A DNA stretch of 64,000 bases from an uncultured candidate division Zixibacteria bacterium (GTDB taxonomy: Bacteria; Zixibacteria; MSB-5A5; GN15; FEB-12), in the NCBI GenBank assembly GCA_963664195.1, contig OY760907.1, positions 544,001 to 608,000 of the forward strand. Direction: 5' to 3'. Below are positions 1 through 10,008 of the stretch, piece by piece (position 1 is the stretch's first letter; each line of letters begins with the position of its first letter). Below the pieces are notes generated by a model. It was not told where the DNA came from, did not search any database, and was given only the letters and a program-made list of their open reading frames with translations. A program made the position numbers and the translations under genes.

Positions 1-472
1 CGTTCAGGTACGGTGCCAGCTCGACCAACTTCTTAAGTTGATCGACCAGATTGCGCTGGAGAGCCTGCATACGGAGAGAATCCTGGTTTGTCTCCTGCAA
101 TTCCTCAATCTCGGCCATGAGATGCGGAGTTTTGTCCGTATAGCGCTTGATCTTGATACGGCTCAGTCCCTGAATGAGGAACCGCACGGTACCGTCCGGG
201 AAACGGAGCATTTTCAATATATTGCCCGCAGTCCCGACCTTGTGAAGATCACCCGGTCCGGGGTTTTCCTGATCGGGATCGAGCTGGAGGAACAGCCCCA
301 CACGAGAGCCGCGCATCAGGGCCTCATCGACAAGTCTCGTTTGCTCCGGTTCCTGAATCATCAGAGGAACAACCAGAAACGGGTAAACAACCGTACCTTT
401 CAAGGGCAATATGGGCAGAATCTGACTGCCGGTAGCCTTTTCAGAACTCATCTCTTCCACTATATTCGCCAA
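1..472 (-). CDS. lon: ATP-dependent Lon protease, N-terminal part (runs off the window start)
   Basis: Not in the ORF track. Manual minus-strand translation gives ...ILPILPLKGTVVYPFLVVPLMI...KVGTAGNILKMLRFPDGTVRFLIQGLSRIKI..., typical of the LON substrate-binding domain. TTG at 472 follows GAGG; alternative ATG at 451. Confidence 0.85.
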   Translation of the reverse strand, partial: MANIVEEMSSEKATGSQILPILPLKGTVVYPFLVVPLMIQEPEQTRLVDEALMRGSRVGLFLQLDPDQENPGPGDLHKVGTAGNILKMLRFPDGTVRFLIQGLSRIKIKRYTDKTPHLMAEIEELQETNQDSLRMQALQRNLVDQLKKLVELAPYLN

Positions 473-653
473 AGTAACCTCAGGTCAAAGGGTGCATCAT
501 CCATTATACACTATCGACAACGCTGTTCAAGATTTAAACAGCGAATCGACAGCTTCACAGCCCGGTCACCGGCCGCAAACCGCAGTGCCTACTCCAACAT
601 TCCATCGCCCACATTGTTCCTGTCAGCACCGTCGTGGCACGGCCCGCGGGATG

Positions 654-1706
654 TTAAACGTTGAATCGGAACAGGATAACATCGCCGTCGGCAACCACGT
701 ATTCCTTGCCCTCCAGACGCTGCTTTCCGGCCGCCTTGATTGCAGCCGGAGTTTTCAGCTCAACATAGTCGTTGTATGCCGTCACCTCTGCCCGGATGAA
801 ACCCCGTTCGATATCGGAGTGAATAACGCCCGCCGCACGTACCGCCGGAGTGCCTCGCTGAATTGTCCAGGCACGGACCTCCGGCTCACCGGCAGTCAGG
901 AAAGAAATCAACCCGAGAAGCGCGTAAGACTTCTGGATCACCTGATCGGTGGCAGGAGTGCTGATCCCGAGATCGGCCATGAATTCGCGACGTTCCTCGT
1001 CGTCGAGACCGACCAGTTCCATCTCTATTTTGCCGCACACAACCGCAAGTTCCCGTTTGCCGGGATCGATCAGGTCTGCGTGTTTCTGATAGATATCGTC
1101 GGCGTCGGCGAGATCGTCCTCGGATATGTTCAGCACGATCAGGATAGGTTTCTGTGACAGGAACTGGTAGCCGCGAATAGCTTTCAACTCATCGTCAGTG
1201 AACGTCATATCAATCAGCGGTTTCTCAGCCGAAAGCGTTTCGAGACAACGCTTGAGCACATCGATCTCCTGCTGACCCGTCTTGTCGCCGGTTAGCTTCG
1301 CCCGTCGGGAGCGCTTGTCGATGTTCTTCTCGATCAACACTTGATCAAGCAGGATCATCTCCTCGATCAAGCTCTGTATCTCGCTTGCCGGGTTTGCGTC
1401 CGGGGCGAAGGCGTTGATGACGGTCATAAACGCCTCGGTTTGTCGAAGGTCGTCGCTGACCTCAAACGACGCTGAGCCACCCGCTTTGCCGGAGAGTCCC
1501 GGCATATCCAGGAATTCGACCTGGGCGCAGGTTATCTTCTTCGGATTGACCAGTTCCGCCAGCACGTCGAGTCTCTCATCGGGAACTTTGATCAGCGCGC
1601 GATGCACTGTCTGACTGAAATCTCCCACCGTTTCCTGCTGGCCGGAAGCGGCGTTGAAGACAGTAGTCTTGCCCGATTGCGGTTTGCCTATTATGCCTAG
1701 TTTCAT
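654..1706 (-). CDS. ychF: Obg-family ATPase YchF
   Basis: P-loop GKPQSGKTT, DMPGL, and C-terminal TGS domain with EVRAWTI, AAGVIHSDIERGFIRAEV and EGKEYVVADGDVILFRFNV. Confidence 0.93.
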   Translation of the reverse strand: MKLGIIGKPQSGKTTVFNAASGQQETVGDFSQTVHRALIKVPDERLDVLAELVNPKKITCAQVEFLDMPGLSGKAGGSASFEVSDDLRQTEAFMTVINAFAPDANPASEIQSLIEEMILLDQVLIEKNIDKRSRRAKLTGDKTGQQEIDVLKRCLETLSAEKPLIDMTFTDDELKAIRGYQFLSQKPILIVLNISEDDLADADDIYQKHADLIDPGKRELAVVCGKIEMELVGLDDEERREFMADLGISTPATDQVIQKSYALLGLISFLTAGEPEVRAWTIQRGTPAVRAAGVIHSDIERGFIRAEVTAYNDYVELKTPAAIKAAGKQRLEGKEYVVADGDVILFRFNV

Positions 1707-1758
1707 AGGGGATAATGGTAGGCGAAATCTACGCGGTTGGCAAGGGGTTAATGGGAAG

Positions 1759-2973
1759 CTATGACCCGAGGAGCGATCGGGCGATGCTCAGAGGGCCGTA
1801 CACCGCACGCGGATCGCCGGTTCCGGCCAGCAGCTTTTCGACTCGCTCCTGCAAATACCTGCTGCGACGGATTCGACGCGCCATGAAGTCATTTAACCGG
1901 GGACGCGACAACCAACTCTGCGCCACCCGGTATCCTTCGTACGCGGGGCGGACCTCTTTGTCTAGACGTTGCCGGAATCCAGCCAGCAACGCGGGGTTGT
2001 CCTGCTCAAGGGCACTGTCGATCAAATCAGCCGCGATCTGTCCGGTGTGGATGGCCTTGCCGACTCCCTCGGATGTAAACGGGAAGGTGGTACCTATGAC
2101 CTCCCCCACTCCTACCACGCGTCCGTGTACCGGCGTCCGGCAATCAGTCAATCCCGTACGAATGGCGGCCCCTTTGAACGGTGTGACCTGTTCCCCGCCG
2201 GCCATTATCTCGCGGACGAGCGGAAAATCCTGCATAAAGGACGTGAGCTTCGGTTTCAGAGATTTAGCTGCATCGTGGTCCCCGTCAAGGGTAACGCCGC
2301 AGCCTATGTTGTACAGACCATCGCCGAGGGGGACAATCCAGGCAAACCCCGGCGTCAGAACTCGGTCGTACGAAACGACTAGATTGTTCATACGGAGCGG
2401 TGACCTGACATAGCACCGGATCGCCATCGCACTTGGAGTCGCGGACTCTACCATCCCAAGACGACGGGCCATGCCTACAGAAGTCCCGGTTGCCAGCACG
2501 CAGTATCCGGATCGCAACGACTCGGCCAGTCCCTTCACGCTAACTACAACTCGACCGTCACCTCCCGCAATATCTGTCGCGGTTGCTCTCGCGAAGGTCA
2601 CGCCGGCATCAACGGCTTCCCGGGCTACGAGAGCGTCCAACGTGCGGCGTTTCAACGATAGAATCGTTCCGGGTATTGAGAAATCGACCCGCGAAGGGCT
2701 GAACACTCGCAGAGCATCCAGAGTGTGTGCCACACTACGAACCTTGTCATGCAAGTTGATCTGTTTCAGGGCGGCCTGTGCGTCATGAATGAGAGCGTCG
2801 CCACAAACTTTGTCGCGGGGGAATTCCTCACGGTCAATCAACAGGACACGACGGTCCTGTCGGGCGAGCGAAAGAGCACAGGAGGCCCCGGCCGGTCCCG
2901 CACCGACAATGATAGCATCCCATTCCCGATCTGGCAGAAACGGAATTTCGAGTTGTTCGACCGAGTCTGTCAG
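1759..2973 (-). CDS. Geranylgeranyl reductase-family FAD-dependent oxidoreductase (probable CTG start)
   Basis: DAIIVGAGPAGAS FAD motif lies upstream of the track start (2841); FPRDKVCG, GFAWIVP and PFTSEGVGKA motifs. GGAGG sits 8 nt before an in-frame CTG at 2973. Confidence 0.8.
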   Translation of the reverse strand: MTDSVEQLEIPFLPDREWDAIIVGAGPAGASCALSLARQDRRVLLIDREEFPRDKVCGDALIHDAQAALKQINLHDKVRSVAHTLDALRVFSPSRVDFSIPGTILSLKRRTLDALVAREAVDAGVTFARATATDIAGGDGRVVVSVKGLAESLRSGYCVLATGTSVGMARRLGMVESATPSAMAIRCYVRSPLRMNNLVVSYDRVLTPGFAWIVPLGDGLYNIGCGVTLDGDHDAAKSLKPKLTSFMQDFPLVREIMAGGEQVTPFKGAAIRTGLTDCRTPVHGRVVGVGEVIGTTFPFTSEGVGKAIHTGQIAADLIDSALEQDNPALLAGFRQRLDKEVRPAYEGYRVAQSWLSRPRLNDFMARRIRRSRYLQERVEKLLAGTGDPRAVYGPLSIARSLLGS

Positions 2974-2976
2974 AGG

Positions 2977-3375
2977 TTATTCCTCCGGTTGCACCTCGAC
3001 CAGTTTCCAGGTGTTATCGTGGCGAATGATCCAATGGGTAGTGACAGATACTTTCGGGTGCTTCTCTCTGATCGCGCTACGGACTCGCATCATGTCCGCC
3101 ACCAGCGTGTCGCGCTCGAGCTCCGACGATTCAAACGCCGCCGAACCGCCGTAGGCGCCGCAGTCTTCGTGCATGGTCAGGATAATGTGCTCAGTGCCAT
3201 GGATCCGGCAGGACAGATCGACCATGCGCATGACCAGCTCTTTTTCCTCGCAGGAACCGGCGAACGAGACACAATCAGTGTCACCGGCGTAACCCTTTTC
3301 AGTCAGCCATTTCCCGATTGCCGGCTGGATGCGGAAGTCCATGCATTGCACTATCATGTTCTTGCAGGATACCAT
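2977..3375 (-). CDS. Small beta-class carbonic anhydrase-like protein
   Basis: Zinc-ligand pattern CMDFR ... HEDCGAYGG (CxDxR and HxxC). Confidence 0.7.
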   Translation of the reverse strand: MVSCKNMIVQCMDFRIQPAIGKWLTEKGYAGDTDCVSFAGSCEEKELVMRMVDLSCRIHGTEHIILTMHEDCGAYGGSAAFESSELERDTLVADMMRVRSAIREKHPKVSVTTHWIIRHDNTWKLVEVQPEE

Positions 3376-3386
3376 CTAGAACCTCG

Positions 3387-4109
3387 TCACTTCTGAAATA
3401 CGGCATGGATGAGACCGTGGCAATGCTCCTCGCCGTCGCCGTGGCGGTGAAGCGGCCCCATCCCTTCCCAATGGTGGATTGTTTCGTAGTCTGGAAACAG
3501 CTCCAGGATTTCGTCCTTTTCGAGATAAGTCATGAAGTGGCCGCGACCATCGCAGAATTCGTTCTGTCCCACTACCCGCCAATCCCCGGATTGAGCGGCC
3601 TCGTGGCTGAATTGACGATCCCACAGGGTGGAAACACAAAACGGATCAATATCCGAGAAGGCGGACACAAAAACAAGACTGCCTCTGGCTGTCCATCGAT
3701 CAACCTTCTTCACAAGTCGCATCAGCGAATTGCGAGACAGCACCTGCATCAGGCCCATGAGCAGAACGCCCGAGTAGGATATTCCCGACAGCGTATCATT
3801 GACATGCATAAGACCGCCCCGTCGGTCGGCACCTGGCTCGAATGATTCAAAATCAGAATGATACGTGTGAATCGGAAGGTTCTCGCGGCTGGCGGCCTCG
3901 GATATCTCATGCAGAGCGACCGAAGACGAGTCAACAGCATCGACCGAAAGCCCTTGTCTGGCGAGAAACAGGCTGTGTCTACCCTGTCCGGCACCAATAT
4001 CCAACACCGGCCGGGACTTGTCCAGAAGATGACAGTGATCCCGTACGATTTTCTCCGGTTCGGCGCCGAAGTAGTCTCTTGTTTTCGCGTAGGTGTCGTC
4101 GTATCCCAT
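3387..4109 (-). CDS. Class I SAM-dependent methyltransferase (TehB-like)
   Basis: VLDIGAGQGRHSLFLA motif I and VDAVDSS motif II; GGAG-rich RBS upstream. Confidence 0.8.
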   Translation of the reverse strand: MGYDDTYAKTRDYFGAEPEKIVRDHCHLLDKSRPVLDIGAGQGRHSLFLARQGLSVDAVDSSSVALHEISEAASRENLPIHTYHSDFESFEPGADRRGGLMHVNDTLSGISYSGVLLMGLMQVLSRNSLMRLVKKVDRWTARGSLVFVSAFSDIDPFCVSTLWDRQFSHEAAQSGDWRVVGQNEFCDGRGHFMTYLEKDEILELFPDYETIHHWEGMGPLHRHGDGEEHCHGLIHAVFQK

Positions 4110-4215
4110 CGGTCAATCCAACTGACGGTCCGGCTTACATCTCCCCCTCCCTCCATTGTACCGAATTCGCAATTAAATTGCAACAGTAACCGACGAAGTG
4201 AAACCCCGTGGTACT

Positions 4216-4242
4216 GTGGGGCGGTAGACGCCCTTGTCTCTC
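4216..4242 (+). repeat. REP-like hairpin, family B (degenerate copy)
   Basis: gtggggcggtagacgcccttgtctctc resembles the copies at 6140 and 19659. Confidence 0.5.
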
Positions 4243-4448
4243 TGGAAGAACCGCTGCGCGGGCAATCGCAGGTCTGAAGACAGACCTGCGCTACGAAGAA
4301 GTTCGGTACCCCGCCCAGAGCGAAGTCATTTATGGCGAAGCGTCGGGTGGGATCAAAACACCCTCAAGCTCTGGAAGCGAGTCTCATAATCCACGTACCA
4401 AAAGACGCTTGAGGGTGGCACCCGATTGATGAAATGAGGAAATGCTCC

Positions 4449-5294
4449 CTACTGCATCAGGCCCCGAAGTACCTTCAGATTCTCAATATCCTCTGCGAGA
4501 TCATCCCCCTTAGCTGTCTCGAGTATCAACGGCACGTGCTCCAATCGTTTATCATTGACGATATTCGCAAACGCGCCCAGCCCCAGATGCCCCTGGCCGA
4601 GTTGCTCGTGACGGTCCTTCTTTGAGCCAAACGGCTGCTTGCTGTCATTGATGTGAAAAACGCCCAGCCGGTCCAGACCGATCACGTCATCGAACTTCTT
4701 CATGGTCGCCATATAATCCTCCGGTTCCGTCAACGGATACCCGGCGGCAAAGATATGACAGCTGTCGAGGCAGACACCGATGTGGTCCTTGTCTTCGGTC
4801 TTGTCGATCAGGTAGGCGAGTTGCTCGAACGTGCTGCCAAGGTTGGTGCCCTGACCGGCAGTGGCCTCGAGAGTCAGTATACAGGTGTTTTCGTTGAGAT
4901 TGTCCAGAAGCCGATTGATGTTTTCCGCAACCGCGTCAAGTCCGGCCTCGTCGCCGGAGCCGACATGGGAACCCGGGTGCAGCACTAGTTTCGGGACTTT
5001 CAGAATATTGCAGCGTTCCATTTCTTCTCTGAGAGAAAGATAAGACTTCTCGTTGAGGGCTTTGTCCGGCGACGCTATGTTGATCAGATAGCTTGAGTGC
5101 GAACAGGCAACCGAAACGCCCAGTTCTTCCTGCAACTGAAAATACTTGTCAACATCGGCTGGCTTGAGCTTGGCCGCACGCCACTGGTTGTTCGATTTGT
5201 TGAATATCTGAACGGTGTCACAGGTGGCCTGTTTGCCCCGTTCAATTGCCTTGTAAACTCCCCCCGCTATCGACTCATGTGCGCCAAAAAGCAT
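4449..5294 (-). CDS. nfo: Endonuclease IV (AP endonuclease 2)
   Basis: GAHESIAGG, HSSYLIN, HPGSH, LEATAGQG, CLDSCHIFAAGY, HINDSK, DRHE and LILET. Confidence 0.95.
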   Translation of the reverse strand: MLFGAHESIAGGVYKAIERGKQATCDTVQIFNKSNNQWRAAKLKPADVDKYFQLQEELGVSVACSHSSYLINIASPDKALNEKSYLSLREEMERCNILKVPKLVLHPGSHVGSGDEAGLDAVAENINRLLDNLNENTCILTLEATAGQGTNLGSTFEQLAYLIDKTEDKDHIGVCLDSCHIFAAGYPLTEPEDYMATMKKFDDVIGLDRLGVFHINDSKQPFGSKKDRHEQLGQGHLGLGAFANIVNDKRLEHVPLILETAKGDDLAEDIENLKVLRGLMQ

Positions 5295-5483
5295 ACCGCC
5301 TCGGTAGTAATAGTGTCTGTTTTTGTCCAATTACCATATTTAACCGAAGATACAGCATCGAGTTCCCAACGGCAACCGTGAAACTGTCGATCACATCTGC
5401 CGTGCGTCAACACTATCACTGACACGCCCTGTCAGTCGTTTGTCTTATGCTGGTCTCAGGCGACAATGAACGGAGGAAGCACA

Positions 5484-5912
5484 ATGCAGTCACCTATTGC
5501 TATCAGGGAGACGGGTGTCAAAGTGACCGACATCCTGGAGTCGATCTCTCAGGGACTTTCCTACAACCAGATACTCCAACAGCACTCGGCGCTGACAATC
5601 GGCGATATCATGGCGAGCGCGAAGCTGGCGCTGGAGTTCATGCAGCAGTACATCACATCCGAAAACGAGATCAGTCTCGATCATGTTATCGAGATCAAAG
5701 CCAACCACGGTCGAATGATCAACGTCTCCAAGGTCCGTGAGGAGTTCCCGCGCGCTTTCATGCCGTGGAAGACCGACGAGGAGGCGCAGTTGATCGAGCA
5801 GTATCGCAAGGGGGCAAAGATCACCGATATCGCGCGCATGCACCAGCGGAACCCGGGAGCGATCAGAAGCAGGTTGATTAAGCTGGGATTGATCCAGACG
5901 AGAGAAAAATGA
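5484..5912 (+). CDS. DUF433-domain protein with a C-terminal helix-turn-helix
   Basis: IRETGVKVTDILESISQGLSYNQILQQHSALTIGDI (DUF433-like) plus PWKTDEE...IARMHQRNPGAIRSRL; GGAGG RBS. Confidence 0.7.
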   Translation: MQSPIAIRETGVKVTDILESISQGLSYNQILQQHSALTIGDIMASAKLALEFMQQYITSENEISLDHVIEIKANHGRMINVSKVREEFPRAFMPWKTDEEAQLIEQYRKGAKITDIARMHQRNPGAIRSRLIKLGLIQTREK

Positions 5913-6032
5913 CCCGTTATCTCTTTCACAATACGATGAACCGGCAATCCGGTGGTTTGCCGGAAGGGGGTGGGAGCTGACACTCGTCGGGGGTGAAACC
6001 CGGCAGGGGCTTGCACCCGGCAGGGGCCTGAG

Positions 6033-6064
6033 AAGAAAGGGCGACCTTTGCAGTCGCCCTTTCT
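6033..6064. terminator. Strong hairpin between convergent genes, likely bidirectional terminator
   Basis: agaaagggcgac-ctttgca-gtcgccctttct inverted repeat. Confidence 0.55.
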
Positions 6065-6139
6065 CTTAATTGTGGCACCGATTCCCAGTGCGCGACACAT
6101 GAGAATGTGCCCGTGAAACGCCGCAACCACGAATGTTCC

Positions 6140-6166
6140 GTGCGCGGCAGACGCCCTCGTCTGCCC
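6140..6166 (+). repeat. REP-like hairpin, family B
   Basis: gtgcgcggcagacgccctcgtctgccc. Confidence 0.7.
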
Positions 6167-6191
6167 GTGAGAGGCCCCGCCCCGACGAGAC

Positions 6192-7619
6192 CTACTTCAA
6201 ATTCATCGAGAGAATCTTGATCTCGGTCATATCTTCCATCGCGTACCGCACTCCCTCGCGGCCCACGCCGGAGTTCTTTACGCCGCCGTAAGGCTGCTGA
6301 TCGGCACGAAATGTCGGAATGTCGTTTACGACCACGCCGCCAACTTCAAGATTATTGAAGGCATAAAAGACATCCTTCATGCGATTCGTAAACACGCCGG
6401 CCTGAAGGCCAAAATCCGAGTCGTTGATCTTGTTCACGGCCTGCTTGAAAGTCTTGTACTTCTCGACCGTCACAACCGGAGCGAAAACCTCCTTCGAACA
6501 GACCTCCATGGACCGTTTCACGTTCGTGATGATTGTCGGCTGGTACGCCAGACCGCGCTTATTGCCGCCGGTCAGTAGTCTGGCGCCGTTGGCCACAGCC
6601 TCAGCGACGGACGCCACCGTGTTGTCGACTGCTACCTGATTGACCATGGTACCGATGTCGGTTTTCGGATTGATCGGATTGCCGACTTTGAGCTTCTTCG
6701 TCTTGGCAACGAATTTCTTGATAAACCGGCCATACACTCTTTCGTGTACGAAAATCCGCTGCACGGAAATGCACGACTGCCCCGCCTGTCCGAAAGAACC
6801 GTAAACCAAGCGGTCTGTTGCGTACTCGATATCGGCGTCATCGGCTATGGCAACTCCAGCGTTGCCGCCGAGTTCGAGCACCACGCGTTTCTTGCCGGCC
6901 TTTTCCTTCATCCACCAGCCGACTTTGTCCGATCCGGTGAACGTGATGAGCTTCACGCGGTCATCGGTCAACAGCGGCTCGGCAGCTTCGTTCTCGCCTA
7001 AAAGGACCGAAATTGCTTCTTTCGGATAGTCCGTTTTCTCGATCAGTTCGGCCAGCATCAACGCGATAATCGGTGTCTTGGGCGCCGGTTTCAACACAAT
7101 CGGGTTGCCGCTGGCAATCGCGGGACCAATCTTATGTGCCACCAAATTGAGCGGAAAATTGAACGGCGCAATCCCGGCGATGACACCGATCGGGAAACGG
7201 CGGATCAATCCCATCCGCTGCTCGGTCCCGGGAGTCCAGTCCAAATCCATGATTTCGCCGCCAACCCGCTTGGCTTCCTCGGCAGAGAGCTTAAACACCT
7301 GCACCGCACGGGCAACCTCACCACGGGCGTCCTTGAGCGCCTTGCCAACTTCGAGCGACATCATCCGGGCAAACTTTTCGGTGTTCTTCTCAAGCCCCTC
7401 CGCTATCTGTAAACAGACCTCTTCCCGCTTGTACGACGGAAGGTTTCGCGTCTGGTCGAACGACCTGTGGGCCAACTCGATAGCTTTCACAAAATCCGCC
7501 CTGGAGGCCATCGCCACCCGCCCGACCAGAGATTTGTCGTACGGGTTTTCTACGCGGATTTTGTCTTTGCGGTCAATCCATTTGCCGCCAAGATACATCT
7601 TGTAAGTCTTCGCCATCAT
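6192..7619 (-). CDS. Aldehyde dehydrogenase family protein
   Basis: IAPFNFP, FTGS, LELGGN, catalytic GQSCIS, EVFAPV and PYGGVKNSGVGREG; GGAGGA RBS. Confidence 0.92.
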   Translation of the reverse strand: MMAKTYKMYLGGKWIDRKDKIRVENPYDKSLVGRVAMASRADFVKAIELAHRSFDQTRNLPSYKREEVCLQIAEGLEKNTEKFARMMSLEVGKALKDARGEVARAVQVFKLSAEEAKRVGGEIMDLDWTPGTEQRMGLIRRFPIGVIAGIAPFNFPLNLVAHKIGPAIASGNPIVLKPAPKTPIIALMLAELIEKTDYPKEAISVLLGENEAAEPLLTDDRVKLITFTGSDKVGWWMKEKAGKKRVVLELGGNAGVAIADDADIEYATDRLVYGSFGQAGQSCISVQRIFVHERVYGRFIKKFVAKTKKLKVGNPINPKTDIGTMVNQVAVDNTVASVAEAVANGARLLTGGNKRGLAYQPTIITNVKRSMEVCSKEVFAPVVTVEKYKTFKQAVNKINDSDFGLQAGVFTNRMKDVFYAFNNLEVGGVVVNDIPTFRADQQPYGGVKNSGVGREGVRYAMEDMTEIKILSMNLK

Positions 7620-7633
7620 ATCCTCCACTGCCG

Positions 7634-9280
7634 CTATATCGGGCACACCAGGGCGCCGAGACGTTTAGTCAGCTTGACGTTTTCTGAGTAATCAACCGGA
7701 CAGTCTATCACTACCGGCTTGTCTATCTTGAAGGCCTCGGTGAGCACTTCCTGGAGATTATCACCCTTCTTCACGCGGATACCGACCGCACCGTAGGACT
7801 CAACCATCTGTATCCAATCAGGGTTGCCGAAACGAGTACCAAAAGCGTGTCCGAACTTGTTCCTCTGCTTCCATTCGATCAGACCAAACGTACCGTCGGA
7901 CCAGATCATATTCACCGTGTTGGTGCCAAGTCTAACGGCCGTTTCGAGTTCCTGCACATTCATCAGGAAACCGCCATCGCCGGAAACGGTAAGAATCTTG
8001 CGGTCCGGGTAAAGCAGTTTTGCCCCGATTCCACCCGGCAGCGCGATTCCCATGGCGGCAAAACCGTTGGAAATCAGGCAGGTGTTTGGCGCGTACACGA
8101 GATACATGCGCGCAATCCACATCTTGTGGGCACCCACGTCGGAGATCAGGATGTCATCCGCTCCCAGAACGTGTCGGACATCGTGTAGAATCTTCTGCGG
8201 CTTGTACGGAAACTCGGTGCTGTCGTCATGTTCGTGAATGTCGCCAAGTATCCGATCACGGTGCTTGGCGGCAAAGTCGCCGCAACTCCTATCGAAATCC
8301 TCATCGATGAGTTCGTTGAGTTCCCACAACGAAGAAGCCAGGTCCCCGACAACCTCAAGCTCCGGGTTATACCAGGTGTCAACTTCGGCGGACTGGAAGT
8401 CGATATGGATAATTCTCTTGTTACGCTCAGGATTCCAGAATTGGGGAGAGTACTCCACGATATCGTAACCCAACGCTATCACCAGGTCACACTCGTCGAA
8501 AGCGCACGTCACGTGATCTCGACTCTGGAGGCCTATCGTATACAGATTCCGCTCGTATTTGATACCGGCGGCACCTTTGCCCATGAACGTATTGCACACC
8601 GGGATGCCGGTTTTTTCGAGGAAGCTGCGCAGCTGTTTGGTGGCGCTCTTGCGAATCGCCCCGTTTCCCGCCAACAACAGCGGTTTTTTGGCGTTCCTGA
8701 TCATTTCAAAGGCGGCCGCAACGGCTTTGTGATCGGGAGCGGGACGACGCACTTTGCGGACATCGAAGAATACGGGACTTTCGCATTCCTGATCGGCGAC
8801 GTTCTCCGGGAATTCGAGGTGCGTTGCCCCCGGTTTCTCGGCTTCGGCAACTTTGAAGGCCTTGCGCACTGCCTCGGTGACCATATCTGGATGGTTGATC
8901 GAGGTATTCCATTTGGTAATCGGCCGGAACATCGACACAATATCAATATACTGGTGCGATTCTTTGTGCATCCTGAGCGTATCCGCCTGACCGGTGATCG
9001 CAACCAGCGGGGCACGGTCCAGGTACGCATCAGAAACGGGTGTCACAAGATTCGTCGCACCGGGACCAATGGTTGCCAGGCAGACACCGGGGTGTCCGGA
9101 CAGTCGGCCGTAGATATCGGCCATGAAACCGGCACCCTGTTCATGTCGGGTAAGAACAAACTCTATGTCTGATTTTCGGACCGCCTCAAGGAAGTCAATG
9201 TTCTCCTCTCCGGGCACACCAAAAATATAACGGACACCCTCACGTTCGAGAGCTTTTACAAAAACCTCAGATGCATTCAT
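7634..9280 (-). CDS. Thiamine-pyrophosphate enzyme, acetolactate synthase large-subunit-like (possibly 2-oxoglutarate decarboxylase)
   Basis: FGVPGEEN, RHEQGAGFMAD, GPGATN and TPP motif GDGGFLMN; no small subunit adjacent. Confidence 0.88.
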   Translation of the reverse strand: MNASEVFVKALEREGVRYIFGVPGEENIDFLEAVRKSDIEFVLTRHEQGAGFMADIYGRLSGHPGVCLATIGPGATNLVTPVSDAYLDRAPLVAITGQADTLRMHKESHQYIDIVSMFRPITKWNTSINHPDMVTEAVRKAFKVAEAEKPGATHLEFPENVADQECESPVFFDVRKVRRPAPDHKAVAAAFEMIRNAKKPLLLAGNGAIRKSATKQLRSFLEKTGIPVCNTFMGKGAAGIKYERNLYTIGLQSRDHVTCAFDECDLVIALGYDIVEYSPQFWNPERNKRIIHIDFQSAEVDTWYNPELEVVGDLASSLWELNELIDEDFDRSCGDFAAKHRDRILGDIHEHDDSTEFPYKPQKILHDVRHVLGADDILISDVGAHKMWIARMYLVYAPNTCLISNGFAAMGIALPGGIGAKLLYPDRKILTVSGDGGFLMNVQELETAVRLGTNTVNMIWSDGTFGLIEWKQRNKFGHAFGTRFGNPDWIQMVESYGAVGIRVKKGDNLQEVLTEAFKIDKPVVIDCPVDYSENVKLTKRLGALVCPI

Positions 9281-9618
9281 AGTCGGTCCATCCTCCCCGC
9301 CCCGATGGGGGTTGTGTTTCTCTTTCGATTATACCAGTCTCAAGGTCCATTTTCAAACCTTTTTGCGAATCCGTCAGAGATCGAATAGAATAGAATTCGT
9401 AACCTGCCGAAGTATGGGGCGGTTCCCATATCTCTATGGGACCAATCCTCAGAACTCTCTCAAAGTTTCGTTTTTCGCGCTCTGCAATGCTGAAATCGCG
9501 TTTTTAAGTGCCACTTAAGTGCTAACGCAACAACACCTTAATCCAGTCGCAGCCATGGCGATGGCATTTCCGACCGGCTCGGCACAGGATTTACAACGCT
9601 ACAAGCAAAACGAGGAAT

Positions 9619-9999
9619 ATGCGTATGAGATTGCAAATGTTGAAGAAACTGAAGAAGCAGGACGGGATTTCCCTCCTGGAAGTATTGGTGGCCATGATCA
9701 TTCTGAGTTTCTCGCTCATGTTACTGGTGAATATGGCCATGATCGCCCTTGACGGAAACGACTGGTCAAACAAGACGACCCTGGCGACTCAGCTTCTCCA
9801 GCAGAAGCTCGAAGAGATCCGGGCCTCCTCGAATTTTACCAGCGGCTCGGACACCGCCTCGGGCGTGTCCCGATCCTGGACCGTCTCCAATGCCGGAAAT
9901 CACCTTCGCCAGATCGACGTTACCGTCAACTGGGAAGATATGCAGGCGCGAACCAGATCAAACTCAATCACGGCGTACGTACGCTCGGATTCGGTATAG
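9619..9999 (+). CDS. Minor type IV pilin, PilV-like
   Basis: Class III signal KKQDG|ISLLEVLVAMIIL with Glu at +5. Confidence 0.8.
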   Translation: MRMRLQMLKKLKKQDGISLLEVLVAMIILSFSLMLLVNMAMIALDGNDWSNKTTLATQLLQQKLEEIRASSNFTSGSDTASGVSRSWTVSNAGNHLRQIDVTVNWEDMQARTRSNSITAYVRSDSV

Positions 10000-10008
10000 G
10001 AGCCCGCC

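Noticed and set aside
38..1157. Plus-strand ORFs 38-664 and 492-1157, and similar long antisense ORFs (8228-9172, 12987-14165, 47472-48542, 55525-56286, 62737-63408)
   Set aside because: They are shadows of well-supported genes on the opposite strand and have no recognisable motifs.
5998..6027. 13-bp direct repeat acccggcaggggc x2
   Set aside because: A short local duplication in a REP-rich gap with no associated element.
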